A stretch of DNA of 33,145 nucleotides from Nemertoderma westbladi (lineage: Eukaryota; Animalia; Xenacoelomorpha): the NCBI GenBank assembly GCA_032718475.1, contig JAUCBJ010000687.1, positions 1-33,145 of the forward strand, written 5' to 3'. The position numbers and the translations under genes are program-made. Below are positions 10,851 to 21,770 of this stretch, in pieces; position 1 is the stretch's first letter; each line of letters begins with the position of its first letter. The notes beneath the pieces are model-generated. The model ran no database searches. It was not told the DNA's origin and worked only from the letters and a program-made list of their open reading frames with translations.

Positions 10851-11177
10851 TACTACTACTAGGTCGAGCGAACTCGGACAGTGGAAATGAGATACTTCCA
10901 GGCTTCCCGATTCTCCATAGTTGTCGCAATTTCGTTTCTCCCAAGTTCAGTATCCCTTTCAAGTTGATTGACCTATATATGTTATGGCTGGTCGTCCATG
11001 ACTACGTTTTCCATGTGTTGGTTGCCAGAAAAGTAGATCTGGTATGACCTCGTCTTTACTTCGCCAGCAGTGCCCACTGAATCTTAATCTGCGTTCACGG
11101 AGGGTGGTTGATACAGACGGTATTGTACCATAAAGCTTGGCGTTTGTAATGTGTTGTCTCCAGCTGATGTTTAGGGC
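10851..11177 (-). mobile_element. 5'-truncated RTE/RTE-X-like LINE 3' end with (TAG)n tail
   Basis: Encodes ALNISWRQHITN..RERRLRFSGHCWRSKDE..GKRSHGRP, typical of an RTE C-terminus. Perfect 12-bp TSD ATTTTTTCGCAC at 10839-10850 and 11178-11189. Confidence 0.88.
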
Positions 11178-11216
11178 ATTTTTTCGCACACCAACCCAAT
11201 TATTACTCCCAATTAC

Positions 11217-11690
11217 TTACGTGCAATTCAATCTGTCCTTTGGATAGTATTGAATGGTAGAATCACAAACAATATTCAACTCTTTAAAATTTTCATTCAT
11301 TACAGTGCCATCTTTATAGACAACGACAATTGGAGTCAAGACACTTTCACCTCTTCCAATAACTCCTCTTGTAACTTCAAGGCGTGGTAACCATACCATT
11401 GTCAAATCATCATAATCTAATACTACTGTTTGATTAGAAACATTAACCAGTCTATTATCAAACCATTTCGTAGTCATTGCAAATCCAATATGCATATGAT
11501 TTCCTTCTAACATTGCAACATTATATAACCATAATTTGATATCAATGGTATCTTTGGAGGTTATAAAATTTGGTGGTGCTTTGTTTGAATCATATTGTTT
11601 TCTCTCCAAAGCTGGTCGCAAAGAAACGTCTGAAGCAATACAGACAGCGATATAAAGGTTAAATATATAACTTGATGTAAGTGTAATCAT
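11217..11690 (-). CDS. Cys-loop (pentameric) ligand-gated ion channel subunit, extracellular ligand-binding domain; divergent, possibly a pseudogene
   Basis: Signal-peptide-like N-terminus, KWFDNRL, VWLPRL, DGTV and a canonical C-x13-C loop CDSTIQYYPKDRLNC. Ends at AC|GTAAGT, which is either a splice donor (11220-11215) or a premature TAA in CT*VIGS. Confidence 0.85.
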   Translation of the reverse strand: MITLTSSYIFNLYIAVCIASDVSLRPALERKQYDSNKAPPNFITSKDTIDIKLWLYNVAMLEGNHMHIGFAMTTKWFDNRLVNVSNQTVVLDYDDLTMVWLPRLEVTRGVIGRGESVLTPIVVVYKDGTVMNENFKELNIVCDSTIQYYPKDRLNCT

Positions 11691-12130
11691 TATTCAGTTC
11701 AAAGCAAATATTTAAAATATTATTTTACAATGAACAAGGAGTGTACATGTAAGTCCATGAAAACATTTAACTTAAATAAAACTTATTTTATCTGAAAATC
11801 CACCTTTTTCACAAATAAGAAAGTAGTGTTTTGCCAGATAGGGGGGGGGGGGGGGGGGGTGGAACTGGATGCAATAAAAATTCATTCAAAATTCATACAG
11901 ACTCCGATTGACTCATTCGAATCTGATGGTGATGGTGAACAGGAAATATATATAATCTGTGACCAATGCAGCAACCCTTTCTTGGTGTGATATGAGCTGG
12001 AGTTTGATGTTTTGAAGAGTACCTGTACTATGTGCATTCGATAACTTACAGTCATTGGAAGGAAATTTCTCACTACAAGCGAAAATTTCACAGATGACAG
12101 GGGGGGGGGGGGTATGCCACTGCCTCATCG

Positions 12131-13216
12131 ATGCCGGCAAACCCAGTAGACAAATTGGGTGCCAGTAATGCGAGAGGGGTCCCTCCCAAAAACCTCCCCC
12201 AAAGACTGTCAGGAAAAAAGACTGAGTCTGGCCCACCTCCATTCGTGACTACTGGTAGGACACATGTTCCCTCGGCAGGCATATGGAAAAACCAAATAGT
12301 GGCCATTGAACATCTGGTAGCATCCATGATACCAGTAGCTTATCAGAAGCCGGAAGTTGTGGAACTTGTAGGCTATCAATCCTCAGAGCAGATCGGCCTA
12401 TATCATATGATCAGTGTGGCTTTTCCTACCATGACAACAGTCAGGGGGTTGAGGTCCGAGCACATGAACTATTAAACAAACTATTTATGAACTATAATGA
12501 AGCTTAACACTTTAAATGGCTCTGCACAAACTGTAAAGATTTCACACTAAACTCGCAACCTCACACCAGCATTGAGAAGGAACAGGCAAACCTACTTGGC
12601 TCAGGTTGTCGAATCCTGGTAAAAGAAGTGTTCAAAAATGAACAATTAAATAAAGAAGTAATTGTCTCTCATTTAGAGGAATCCAATGTAGCCACAGATA
12701 AAACTGTGCTTAACAATATATGTAATTAGATGGTATCAGTCCCGAATACGGTTACGGAGGTTCAGCGACTCGGGAGGAAATCCGAACAAAGAAAGCTCTT
12801 GACCAGGGTAACTTTCTCCAAGGAGGAGGGAGCACAATCATTTATATCGGCCTTCAATGAAAGCCAATCTTTGGATAATGCACCAGTTTCGAAATCGGTG
12901 AAAGTCTGCCCCAGTGTCAGCTCTATGGAAAGAGGTCGCGCAAAGGGAAGAGTAAAATTGTGTTCTCGCTCAACGGAGAGAAGCTGGGACTGGAGAAGAT
13001 GGAGTCTAAACCAAGAGTTTCAGCTTTCATGATGACAGCTCTATGAAGCCAAAAGCCTTGGTTGGGATTCCAACCAGGGAAACCAGTAAGGGGAAGTTCT
13101 TACTAAAAACCCGATAATGCAGTCTGTCTATAAATGTCGATATTTAAATGCCCAGTTGATTAAAAATAAACTGCCGGAACTACAACTGTTACTTAATGCT
13201 TGTACTTACGATATTA
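12131..13216 (+). mobile_element. Decayed CR1/L2-like LINE 5' part: ORF1 (PHD finger plus RRM-like domain) and start of the APE endonuclease
   Basis: 12358-12534 reads CGTC..ISYDQC..YHDNS..KWLCTNC (degenerate PHD with an internal stop). VQRLGRK..TRVTF lies at 12730-12820. From 13117, YKCRYLNAQLIKNKLPELQLLL..YDI resembles an APE N-terminus. Confidence 0.7.
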
Positions 13217-13269
13217 ATATATTAAACTACGTAAAAACAATGAAAGAATATAATGCATTTTAAGCTTTG

Positions 13270-14050
13270 AAGCACTTCAGTCAATGGATGAAGACCAGTC
13301 CACCGATTCAATATACTAGAATATAATAAAAGTCCAACTTGGACTAAAGGTCAACTAAAGCCTCTCCACAAGAAAGGAGACCTCGGTATACTGTACAAAC
13401 TATTCTGCTTGTGGATCGGTCTGCTTGTGGTAGCTGCCAAAATATACAATAAAATGATTCTATATGGGATTAGGCCTCACAAGAGAAACAACTGTGGAAG
13501 AGCCAAAAGAAATTTCGACCAAATAGATCAACAATATCTCAGATACTTGCACTATGGAGACTGATTGAAGGAATTAAGTCAAAAAATCTCCCCGCAGTCA
13601 AGACTTTTGTAGACTTCAAGAAGGCATTCGACTCCATTCATAGAGGTAAAATGCTTGAAATCCTAAGAGCTTATGGAATACCAGAAGTAATTGTTGCTGG
13701 CATTGGATTGTTATATTGTGACACAGAAGCACAGGTACTCTCACCAGATGGTGAAACTGAGTTTTTCTCAATCCTGGCTGGCATACTGCAAGGTGACACA
13801 TTAGCACCATTACTATTTGTAATTGTACTGGATTATACAATGAGGACGACCACAAAGGGTGAAGATCTGGGATTCACACTTCAAGAACGCAGAAGTAGTA
13901 GATATTCATGACTGTTAATGTTGATGGAAACTTGACAACCCTTGATAATAATCGACTAAGGAAGGTCAACGACTTCCAGTACCTAGGATCATGGATAGAG
14001 ATTAGCAAAAACTATCTTTGTATAAATTAGGCAGTTTGTTAGGCATGGAC
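13270..14050 (+). mobile_element. Decayed RTE/RTE-X-like reverse transcriptase fragment
   Basis: KKGD, AAKIYNK, FRPNRST, FVDFKKAFDSIHR, GILQGDTLAPLLF and FQYLGS are present. Frameshifted, and the YADD region is deleted. Confidence 0.85.
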
Positions 14051-14586
14051 TTCTACGTTAGTACTGTAGTACATTGCAGCAGTCACCAGTACAAGCACTC
14101 CAGCACTGTATACTAGCTTATTTATACAGCGAACGGAGAGTACTCGGGACAACAGCAAGCAGTGGTGAACGGAGAGTACTCGGGGCAACGGCAAGACAGC
14201 AAGAAGGAGCAAATACGGCAAATGTAGAGTTCCCAGGATACAGGGATAAAAGCAAGTACTGAAGTGAATACTGTAGCGAATACGGTGAATGGAAAGTCCC
14301 TGGGACAAAGGCAAGGAGGAGCGAATACGGCGAACAGGGGGTACCCGAAGCCAGTATTGCTGCAAAACGCTGTTAGAAATGACTGAATGATATTTGGTTG
14401 CCTAATAGAGTTGGTTAAACTAATTCTCTTACTAGAAAGCATTCAGCGTAGAGACACGAGATTGCCATTTGGGCTCCACAACTTATCCCAACCGCTTTCG
14501 TTGACTTGGACTGCCCACATTTGAGTATCGATTCCACCAATCGGATTTAGTGAAATTCTACCAGTTGCTTAAAAGTTTGGATTATA

Positions 14587-15889
14587 ATGTGGGGCGAGCC
14601 ACGAAGTTGGCGGAGCCTTAGCGAATTGACACTGTTAGGGGGTGGGTCAATTTATACAAATAGTTGTCGTCGTTGTCGTTGTCGTCGTCGTCGTCGTTGT
14701 CGTTGTCGTCGTCGTCGTCGTCGTCGTTACGATTTTGACATGCTAATAACTTTGTCGGATTTAAAGCTGCCAAGTTGAAAATTTGTTGGTATCAATATGA
14801 GCTAAAGTTGAGATTTTTGAGAGACTTTCAGACAGCATCAGTGCAATGGTCTCCCGCTAGAGGGCCACATGTCTAAACATTATATGCCCTCCCATTTCTT
14901 TGCTTTTAATCCGTTTAAGCTGAAACTTGGCAGATATGTATTAGACCATTAGCTGTGACTTTCAAAGGAGGCGAATCCATCTGCAGTTCTCCAGTCTGCC
15001 GCTAGAGGGCCAAAGGTCTGAAAGTGAAATCGTTGTCGTCGTTACGATTTTGACATGCTAATAACTTTGTCGGATTTAAAGCTGCCAAGTTGAAAATTTG
15101 TAGGTATCAATATGAGCTAAAGTTGAGATTTTTGAGAGACTTTCAGACACCATCAGTGCAATGGTCTCCCGCTAGAGGGCCACATGTCTAAATATTAAAT
15201 GCCCTCCCATTTCTTTGCTTTTAATCCGTTTAAGCTGAAACTTGGCAGATATGTATTAGACCATTAGCTGTGACTTTCAAAGGAGGCGAATCCATCTGCA
15301 GTTCTCCAGTCTGCCGCTAGAGGGCCAAATGTCTGAAAGTGAAATCGTTGTCGTCGTTATGATATTGACATGCTTATAACTTTGTCGAATTTAAAGCTGC
15401 CAAGTTGAAAATTTGTTTTGTTGAAAATCAGTTCAACAGTCACCCGCTATAGGACTACTTTATGCCTGAAAGTGAATAGATTCTCCCGTCTCATTGATTT
15501 TAATCAGTTTAAGCTGAATCTTGCCATATATTCTGGACCACATGCTGCGTCTTTGTGGGGGGGGGGGAGATTTAATCGGTCTGCCGCTATACGACGAAAT
15601 TTCTGAAAGTGAGATCCGTCTCTCATTTCGTTATCCGTTATTCAAGATGAAACTTGGCCGATGTAAGTATGTACTATTCATCCATAGGCTGTGTCTTTGT
15701 GGGGCTGGAGACCCTAATCCATCTTCAGTTCTCACTATACCGCTAGAGTCAGAAATGTCTGAATAGAAATGAAAGAGGTAAAAAGTGATTAGGCGAAATC
15801 TGCTTAAAATTTGCTAATACAGTAATACTTTCGAATTAGTACTTAAATTAAATTTAAGTCACGTGCTGCGCGAAGGCCCCACTTCGTGT
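14587..15889 (+). mobile_element. Helentron-associated non-autonomous element (HINE/DINE-1-like), copy 1
   Basis: 5' gtggggc..cacgaagt is complementary to 3' gccccacttcgtg. A (GTC)n microsatellite follows the 5' core. Central repeats have a 315-bp period (14727, 15042, 15357). Both ends are shared with 21507-23650. Confidence 0.75.
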
Positions 15890-16465
15890 ATAGGTATACG
15901 TACTGATAGCCTTCGAAGCTGCAAACAAAGTAATATTTATGTATTAGTAATTCAATAATTATTATTTATTACATTGGAAAATGTATAACATTTTTCATTA
16001 TTCTTGAGGTATTTTATTTACGTAATATTATTCTTTAAAATTTGAACTTCGAAATTTTTTGTTGCTCAATTCTTTATTAAAAGATAGAGCGATATACTGT
16101 TACAAAATAAATTGAACTGCTGATTTTACCATATTGCTTCCATAGTTACTGCAATTCAAATTACTGTAGGCTACTTACTACTCTTCAACTCCTGATGCTG
16201 CCTTACTCAATGTTAAATAATTTAGTGTTCTCGAATATTTATTACGTAACTAGAGAGCCGCTTAACAATATTAACCAATATTGGATATTGAGTTCCGTTT
16301 TGGAGTACGCCTTGTATATAAGACACTAAAGTTGCAATAACTTGACTGTTTGCATAAATTTTATTCAAATTCCATGCAGACTTTTTCCACTTAGTTCGTC
16401 TTTCAACTAATTTAATAAAATTTAAGAAATTCTCCCAAGAATATTTTGTTTTACCTTTTTCACCG

Positions 16466-18606
16466 GGAAAACTGTAGAATCAATGCAATCCTACAGGATA
16501 GTGGAAAACTGTAGAATCAATGCAGTCCTACAGGATAGTGGAAAACTGTAGAATCAATGCGATCCTACAGGATAGTGGAAAACTGTAGAATCAATGCGAT
16601 CCTACAGAATAGTGGAAAACTGTAGAATCAATGCAATCCTACAGGATAGTGGAAAACTGTAGAATCAATGCGATCCTACAGAATAGTGGAAAACTGTAGA
16701 ATCAATGCGATCCTACAGAATAGTGGAAAACTGTAGAATTAATGCGATCCTACAGGATAGTGGAAAACTGTAGAATTAATGCGATCTTACAGAATAGTGG
16801 AAAACTGTAGAATCAATGCGATCCTACAGGATAGTGGAAAACTGTAGAATCAATGCGATCCTACAGAATAGTGGAAAACTGTAGATTCAATGCGATCCTA
16901 CAGAATAGTGGAAAACTGTAGAATCAATGCGATCCTACAGGATAGTGGAAAACTGTAGAATCAATGCGATCCTACAGAATAGTGGAAAACTGTAGAATCA
17001 ATGCAATCCTACAGGATAGTGGAAAACTGTAGAATCAATGCGATCCTACAGAATAGTGGAAAACTGTAGAATCAATGCGATCCTACAGAATAGTGGAAAA
17101 CTGTAGAATTAATGCGATCCTACAGGATAGTGGAAAACTGTAGAATTAATGCGATCTTACAGAATAGTGGAAAACTGTAGAATCAATGCGATCCTACAGG
17201 ATAGTGGAAAACTGTAGAATCAATGCGATCCTACAGAATAGTGGAAAACTGTAGATTCAATGCGATCCTACAGAATAGTGGAAAACTGTAGAATCAATGC
17301 GATCCTACAGGATAGTGGAAAACTGTAGAATCAATGCGATCCTACAGGATAGTGGAAAACTGTAGAATCAATGCGATCCTACAGAATAGTGGAAAACTGT
17401 AGAATCAATGCGATCCTACAGGATAGTGGAAAACTGTAGAATCAATGCGATCCTACAGGATAGTGGAAAACTGTAGAATCAATGCGATCCTACAGGATAG
17501 TGGAAAACTGTAGAATCAATGTGATCCTACAGAATAGTGGAAAACTGTAGAATCAATGCGATCCTACAGAATAGTGGAAAACTGTAGAATCAATGCGATC
17601 CTACAGGATAGTGGAAAACTGTAGAATCAATGCGATCCTACAGAATAGTGGAAAACTGTAGAATCAATGCGATCCTACAGAATAGTGGAAAACTGTAGAA
17701 TCAATGCGATCCTACAGAATAGTGGAAAACTGTAGAATCAATGCGATCCTACAGAATAGTGGAAAACTGTAGAATCAATGCAATCCTACAGAATAGTGGA
17801 AAACTGTAGAATCAATGCGATCCTACAGGATAGTGGAAAACTGTAGAATCAATGCAATCCTATAGAATAGTGGAAAACTGTAGAATCAATGCGATCCTAC
17901 AGAATAGTGGAAAACTGTAGAATCAATGCAATCCTACAGAATAGTGGAAAACTGTAGAATCAATGCGATCCTACAGGATAGTGGAAAACTGTAGAATCAA
18001 TGCAATCCTACAGGATAGTGGAAAACTGTAGAATCAATGCAATCCTACAGAATAGTGGAAAACTGTAGAATCAATGCGATCCTACAGGATAGTGGAAAAC
18101 TGTAGAATCAATACAATCCTACAGAATAGTGGAAAACTGTAGAATCAATGCAATCCTACAGAATAGTGGAAAACTGTAGAATCAATGCAATCCTACAGAA
18201 TAGTGGAAAACTGTAGAATCAATGCGATCCTACAGAATAGTGGAAAACTGTAGAATCAATGCGATCCTACAGGATAGTGGAAAACTGTAGAATCAATGCG
18301 ATCCTACAGAATAGTGGAAAACTGTAGAATCAATGCAATCCTACAGGATAGTGGAAAACTGTAGAATCAATGCGATCCTACAGAATAGTGGAAAACTGTA
18401 GAATCAATGCGATCCTACAGAATAGTGGAAAACTGTAGAATCAATGCGATCCTACAGAATAGTGGAAAACTGTAGAATTAATGCGATCTTACAGAATAGT
18501 GGAAAACTGTAGAATCAATGCGATCCTACAGGATAGTGGAAAACTGTAGAATCAATGCGATCCTACAGGATCCTGTAGGATCCTGTAGGATCCTACAGGA
18601 TAGTTT
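16466..18606. repeat. 37-bp hairpin minisatellite, 57 units
   Basis: ggaaaactgtagaatcaatgcgatcctacag(g/a)atagt; first unit at 16466, last at 18538 (56x37 apart); no spacers. Confidence 0.97.
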
Positions 18607-18721
18607 TTTCCTATGGTTACAGCACCCTTTTCTCCCGATTTTGGGGTATATTTAAGCGAAAAATTAACAATTTAAGAATAAAAATACGAATTCCACTAAA
18701 TTGCTTTATTAAAACCGACAA

Positions 18722-18743
18722 TAGGGTTGGTGCGCGAAAAAAT
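18722..18743 (+). mobile_element. Isolated terminus of the same foldback family as 6723
   Basis: tagggttggtgcgcgaaaaaat matches the 6723 terminus; no partner end identified. Confidence 0.45.
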
Positions 18744-19292
18744 CGATTCCTTTCCTACAATTACACATGTAATTTATTTCACGGACTTTTACTTTTATTT
18801 CTTTCATGTCCTAAATAAATACTGCTGTAAAGTGATATTTCTCATCAATATTCAGCAACCGGCCGTTATTATTCTTCAGTGTTGAAGTTTCATTTTAACT
18901 GAAGATTTGACTACACTACCGCTACCTTTACATATTCCGGTAGGCTACGCTATATCCAATAACTGCATTTAAATCTCTCCATTTTAATAATAATATTATC
19001 CAACGAAAAAAACTGTATAGTATAAGTATACAATCATAAGCATTACTAACAAAGGTTTATGGCCAAGGGCAACTTTACGTAAAGTTGTGGGTAGTCAACT
19101 AATAAAGTTGTCTTTGGTTACGCCTAGGCCCATGGAATGCTATATAGGCCCTATATTTTAATATATTTTTCAACTCGTCATAATGAAATCTAACTGCAAA
19201 TAATTACTATCTGAGTATTAGTATAATCTAAGGCGTTCTAGAACTAGAACATAGTTCTACAATACCTTAGTAAAATCGTATTAGACAATTAC

Positions 19293-19334
19293 CTGGAACT
19301 GTTATGGACTGTATCTGCACATCTGTATACCCAC
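19293..19334 (-). CDS. Candidate micro-exon (GGYTDVQIQSITVP) of the minus-strand gene
   Basis: tag|..ccag|gtaatt; phase-compatible with 19537-19576; weak acceptor. Confidence 0.3.
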
Positions 19335-19536
19335 CTACCCCAAATATTAACTTTATTAACTTTATGACAAATAATTACTTGTACTATAATATTCCTTTTT
19401 ACCAGTTCGATTAATGTTCTAAAATACTGATTTGTTTAAAAACATATATTTCTGGGGTTTTTCTAAACCTTCAACATATCTTTTTTAAGTACACTGTCCG
19501 CCCTTGTATACCAATACTAAAAATGTACACCGATAC

Positions 19537-19576
19537 CTTGGTGGTTTACAGTGAATAAGGGAAGGTGAAAATAAAT
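19537..19576 (-). CDS. Candidate micro-exon (IYFHLPLFTVNHQ) of the minus-strand gene
   Basis: tag|..caag|gtatcg; phase 0 in, phase 1 out; weak acceptor. Confidence 0.25.
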
Positions 19577-19772
19577 CTACTACTATTTTTACCAAATGAA
19601 ATAGCGGGAGGGAATGTTTTATTCCATTTATTCCAATTATTACATGGGAAAAAATTGACCCCTTTTCCCTCTGACCAATCACAAGATCACAATAAGGGAA
19701 AATACATTTTGTTCTTCATGTAATAAATAGTAAAAGGTGATAAATCAGTCAAAATGTATGAAGATGACATAC

Positions 19773-19917
19773 CTTTGCAGCAACATATTCCTTGGTTTCC
19801 TCGGCTAACTGTAGCAGCTGTTGGGACCAGCCTGATCCAAGCAATGGTTTATGGGAGGGCGCCAACATCAACTGTACCCTCAAACCACCTCTGGAAGATT
19901 GCCCTGCGGAACGTGTC
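19773..19917 (-). CDS. Internal coding exon of an unidentified spliced gene
   Basis: tttaacag| acceptor and aaag|gtatgt donor. GC-richer than its flanks. Open as (R)TRSAGQSSRGGLRVQLMLAP..EYVAAK and phase-compatible with exon 21316-21481. Confidence 0.65.
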
Positions 19918-20447
19918 CTGTTAAATAATTAAACATTATTGTTATGCACAGGAAACGTAGCCTACAACTATTTGGTATTTGCTTATAAAGTTGTAACATT
20001 TTCTCATTCACGATTTTAGGTTTTAGTATTGTAAATGGATAAATAAGAATACCTCGGCAAGCTAGCATCCTTAAACTAATTTTCGCATGCGTGTGCTGCT
20101 GACCTTTCTTTATCGCTCCGCAATCTCAATATAATTGAGATAACATAATTAATTATTTAAAATACTGTATAATATTATGTAAAGCAAATAATACATTGGT
20201 AGAAACAAATGCAATTAACACTGCGCAAGTAAATAACTATGGTATTAGTTATATAAATATATACAAATTCTAGAATATTGGACTACTAATATGTTGTAAT
20301 TTAGGTATTAAAAAATACCCACCACCGGTAGTATGTGTTCCTATTCAAACAGCAAATAGCTGCCATTATAAATCAAACAATATTAATTGTGAGATATTGA
20401 AACATTTTTAATTTCTATTAATTCATAGTGTATCTAAGATAGGTGAA

Positions 20448-20945
20448 ATGTGCGAAAGCAAAGTATGTCGAATATACAAGGAGAGTTTGGAAGAGAAGAT
20501 GAGCAGATACCGGGAGGATCTTAACGAAATGCGCAAGGAGACATTGCGAATGGGGTACCTTCGCGACAAGCTGGTTATTCTACAAAATGATATCGATCTC
20601 CTTCATGACAAAGTCATCCACAATTATCCCAAAGCTATTGGGAGCATCAATTTAGAACTTGAAGAAACTATTGGGCAAAACAAACTCTTGACGGTGGATA
20701 ACAATCGTCTTAGAGCCGCGAACAAATCGTTGAGAGATGATAACAAACAGCTGAATGACACCGTAGAACAACTTATACTCGACATCAAAGGAAAAGAGCA
20801 ACGCATTCAGGATATGATTAATATGAATTACAAAGCACCGGACGCCACGGCTCAAGCAGCGGAACACCGTCGATGGGCCCCATTCCTTGAGGACGACCCC
20901 GATATGGTTGGCGGTTTATTAGTAAATAGTTACAAAAGTGCTTAA
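20448..20945 (+). CDS. 165-aa predicted coiled-coil protein, unknown function
   Basis: Intact ATG-TAA ORF in AT-rich DNA; heptad-like L/E/K/N pattern; AATAAA just downstream (~20962). Confidence 0.6.
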   Translation: MCESKVCRIYKESLEEKMSRYREDLNEMRKETLRMGYLRDKLVILQNDIDLLHDKVIHNYPKAIGSINLELEETIGQNKLLTVDNNRLRAANKSLRDDNKQLNDTVEQLILDIKGKEQRIQDMINMNYKAPDATAQAAEHRRWAPFLEDDPDMVGGLLVNSYKSA

Positions 20946-21315
20946 AAGGTCTAATTATTCGAATAAATAGCGTAGTAACGCGATATGAACGTCGTTCAAC
21001 TTCACATTAGGATTTCGTTTTCATGCATCGCTATTAATTAATATCCCGTGATTATTATTCCATTACAAGCATGATTACAGCAGTGATGACGTAATCATTT
21101 AGGTACTACAGTATAATATATTTGATACTCTAGTCCATATATTTAGAACAAGGGTTATTAAAGTAAAGCTGATTATTTGTAAAATTATACAATGCATTAT
21201 TACTAGCACAAATATATTAAAAATAGTTAATTCAAATTACCTTAAACGAGGCGGAGAAAAACGCTGCCTCGTTGAAAATGATACATTACTACTTATTATA
21301 TATGAATTAGGCTAC

Positions 21316-21481
21316 CTGAATCTTTGGTATCTTTCTCTGTTCCATTGTTTCCGTTTTCGATCCAATGGACTTTCATCAATATCGTTGAGCAGGGCGAGGT
21401 CTCGTATAAACTGTGTCTCCGAGCCCTCGACGTGTACAGTAACTCCGCCCTCTTCTTTAAACCGAACTTGAGTGTGAACAT
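21316..21481 (-). CDS. Internal coding exon of the same unidentified spliced gene
   Basis: ctaaag| acceptor and ttcag|gtagcc donor. Open as VHTQVRFKEEGGVTVHVEGSETQFIRDLALLNDIDESPLDRKRKQWNRERYQRF. Its phase-2 end joins 19917 in frame. Confidence 0.6.
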
Positions 21482-21586
21482 CTTTAGATTAATGAAAAAT
21501 AATGTTATGTGGGGCGAGCCACGAAGTTGGCGGAGCCTTAGCGAATTGACACTGTTAGGGGGTGGGTCAATTTATGCAAATAGTTG

Positions 21587-21618
<32 letters not shown>

Positions 21619-21770
21619 GTCGTCGTCGTCGTTGTCGTCGTCGTTACGATTTTGACATGCTAATAACTTTGTCGGATTTAAAGCTGCCAAGTTGAAAATT
21701 TGTAGGTATCAATATGACCAAAAGTTGAGATTTTTGAGAGACTTTCAGACACCATCAGTGCAATGGTCTC

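Larger units (their letters stand above)
6723..11199. mobile_element. Non-autonomous foldback/MITE-like DNA element (~0.9 kb native) with long imperfect TIRs, hosting two younger insertions
   Basis: Left arm TAGGGTTGGTGCGTGAAAAATTGTTGGGCTAGAAACAA.. (6723-~6940, plus 7030-7085) is the inverse of a right arm now in three pieces: 7372-7538, 10759-10850 and 11190-11199. Confidence 0.8.

Noticed and set aside
14074-14400. Short ORFs with 36-bp and gcgaatacgg repeats
   Set aside because: Local low-copy repeats with stops and no recognisable domain or termini.
14587-14778. Arg-rich protamine-like ORFs (also 21324-21695)
   Set aside because: Translation of the (GTC)n microsatellite of the HINE elements.
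16222-16465. ~80-codon stop-free minus frame (KTKYSWENFLNFIKL..) next to the satellite
   Set aside because: No ATG, no clear splice acceptor and no recognisable motif, so it cannot be supported.
16466-18606. CRISPR array (37-bp palindromic repeat)
   Set aside because: Units are head-to-tail with no unique spacers, there are no cas genes, and the context is eukaryotic.
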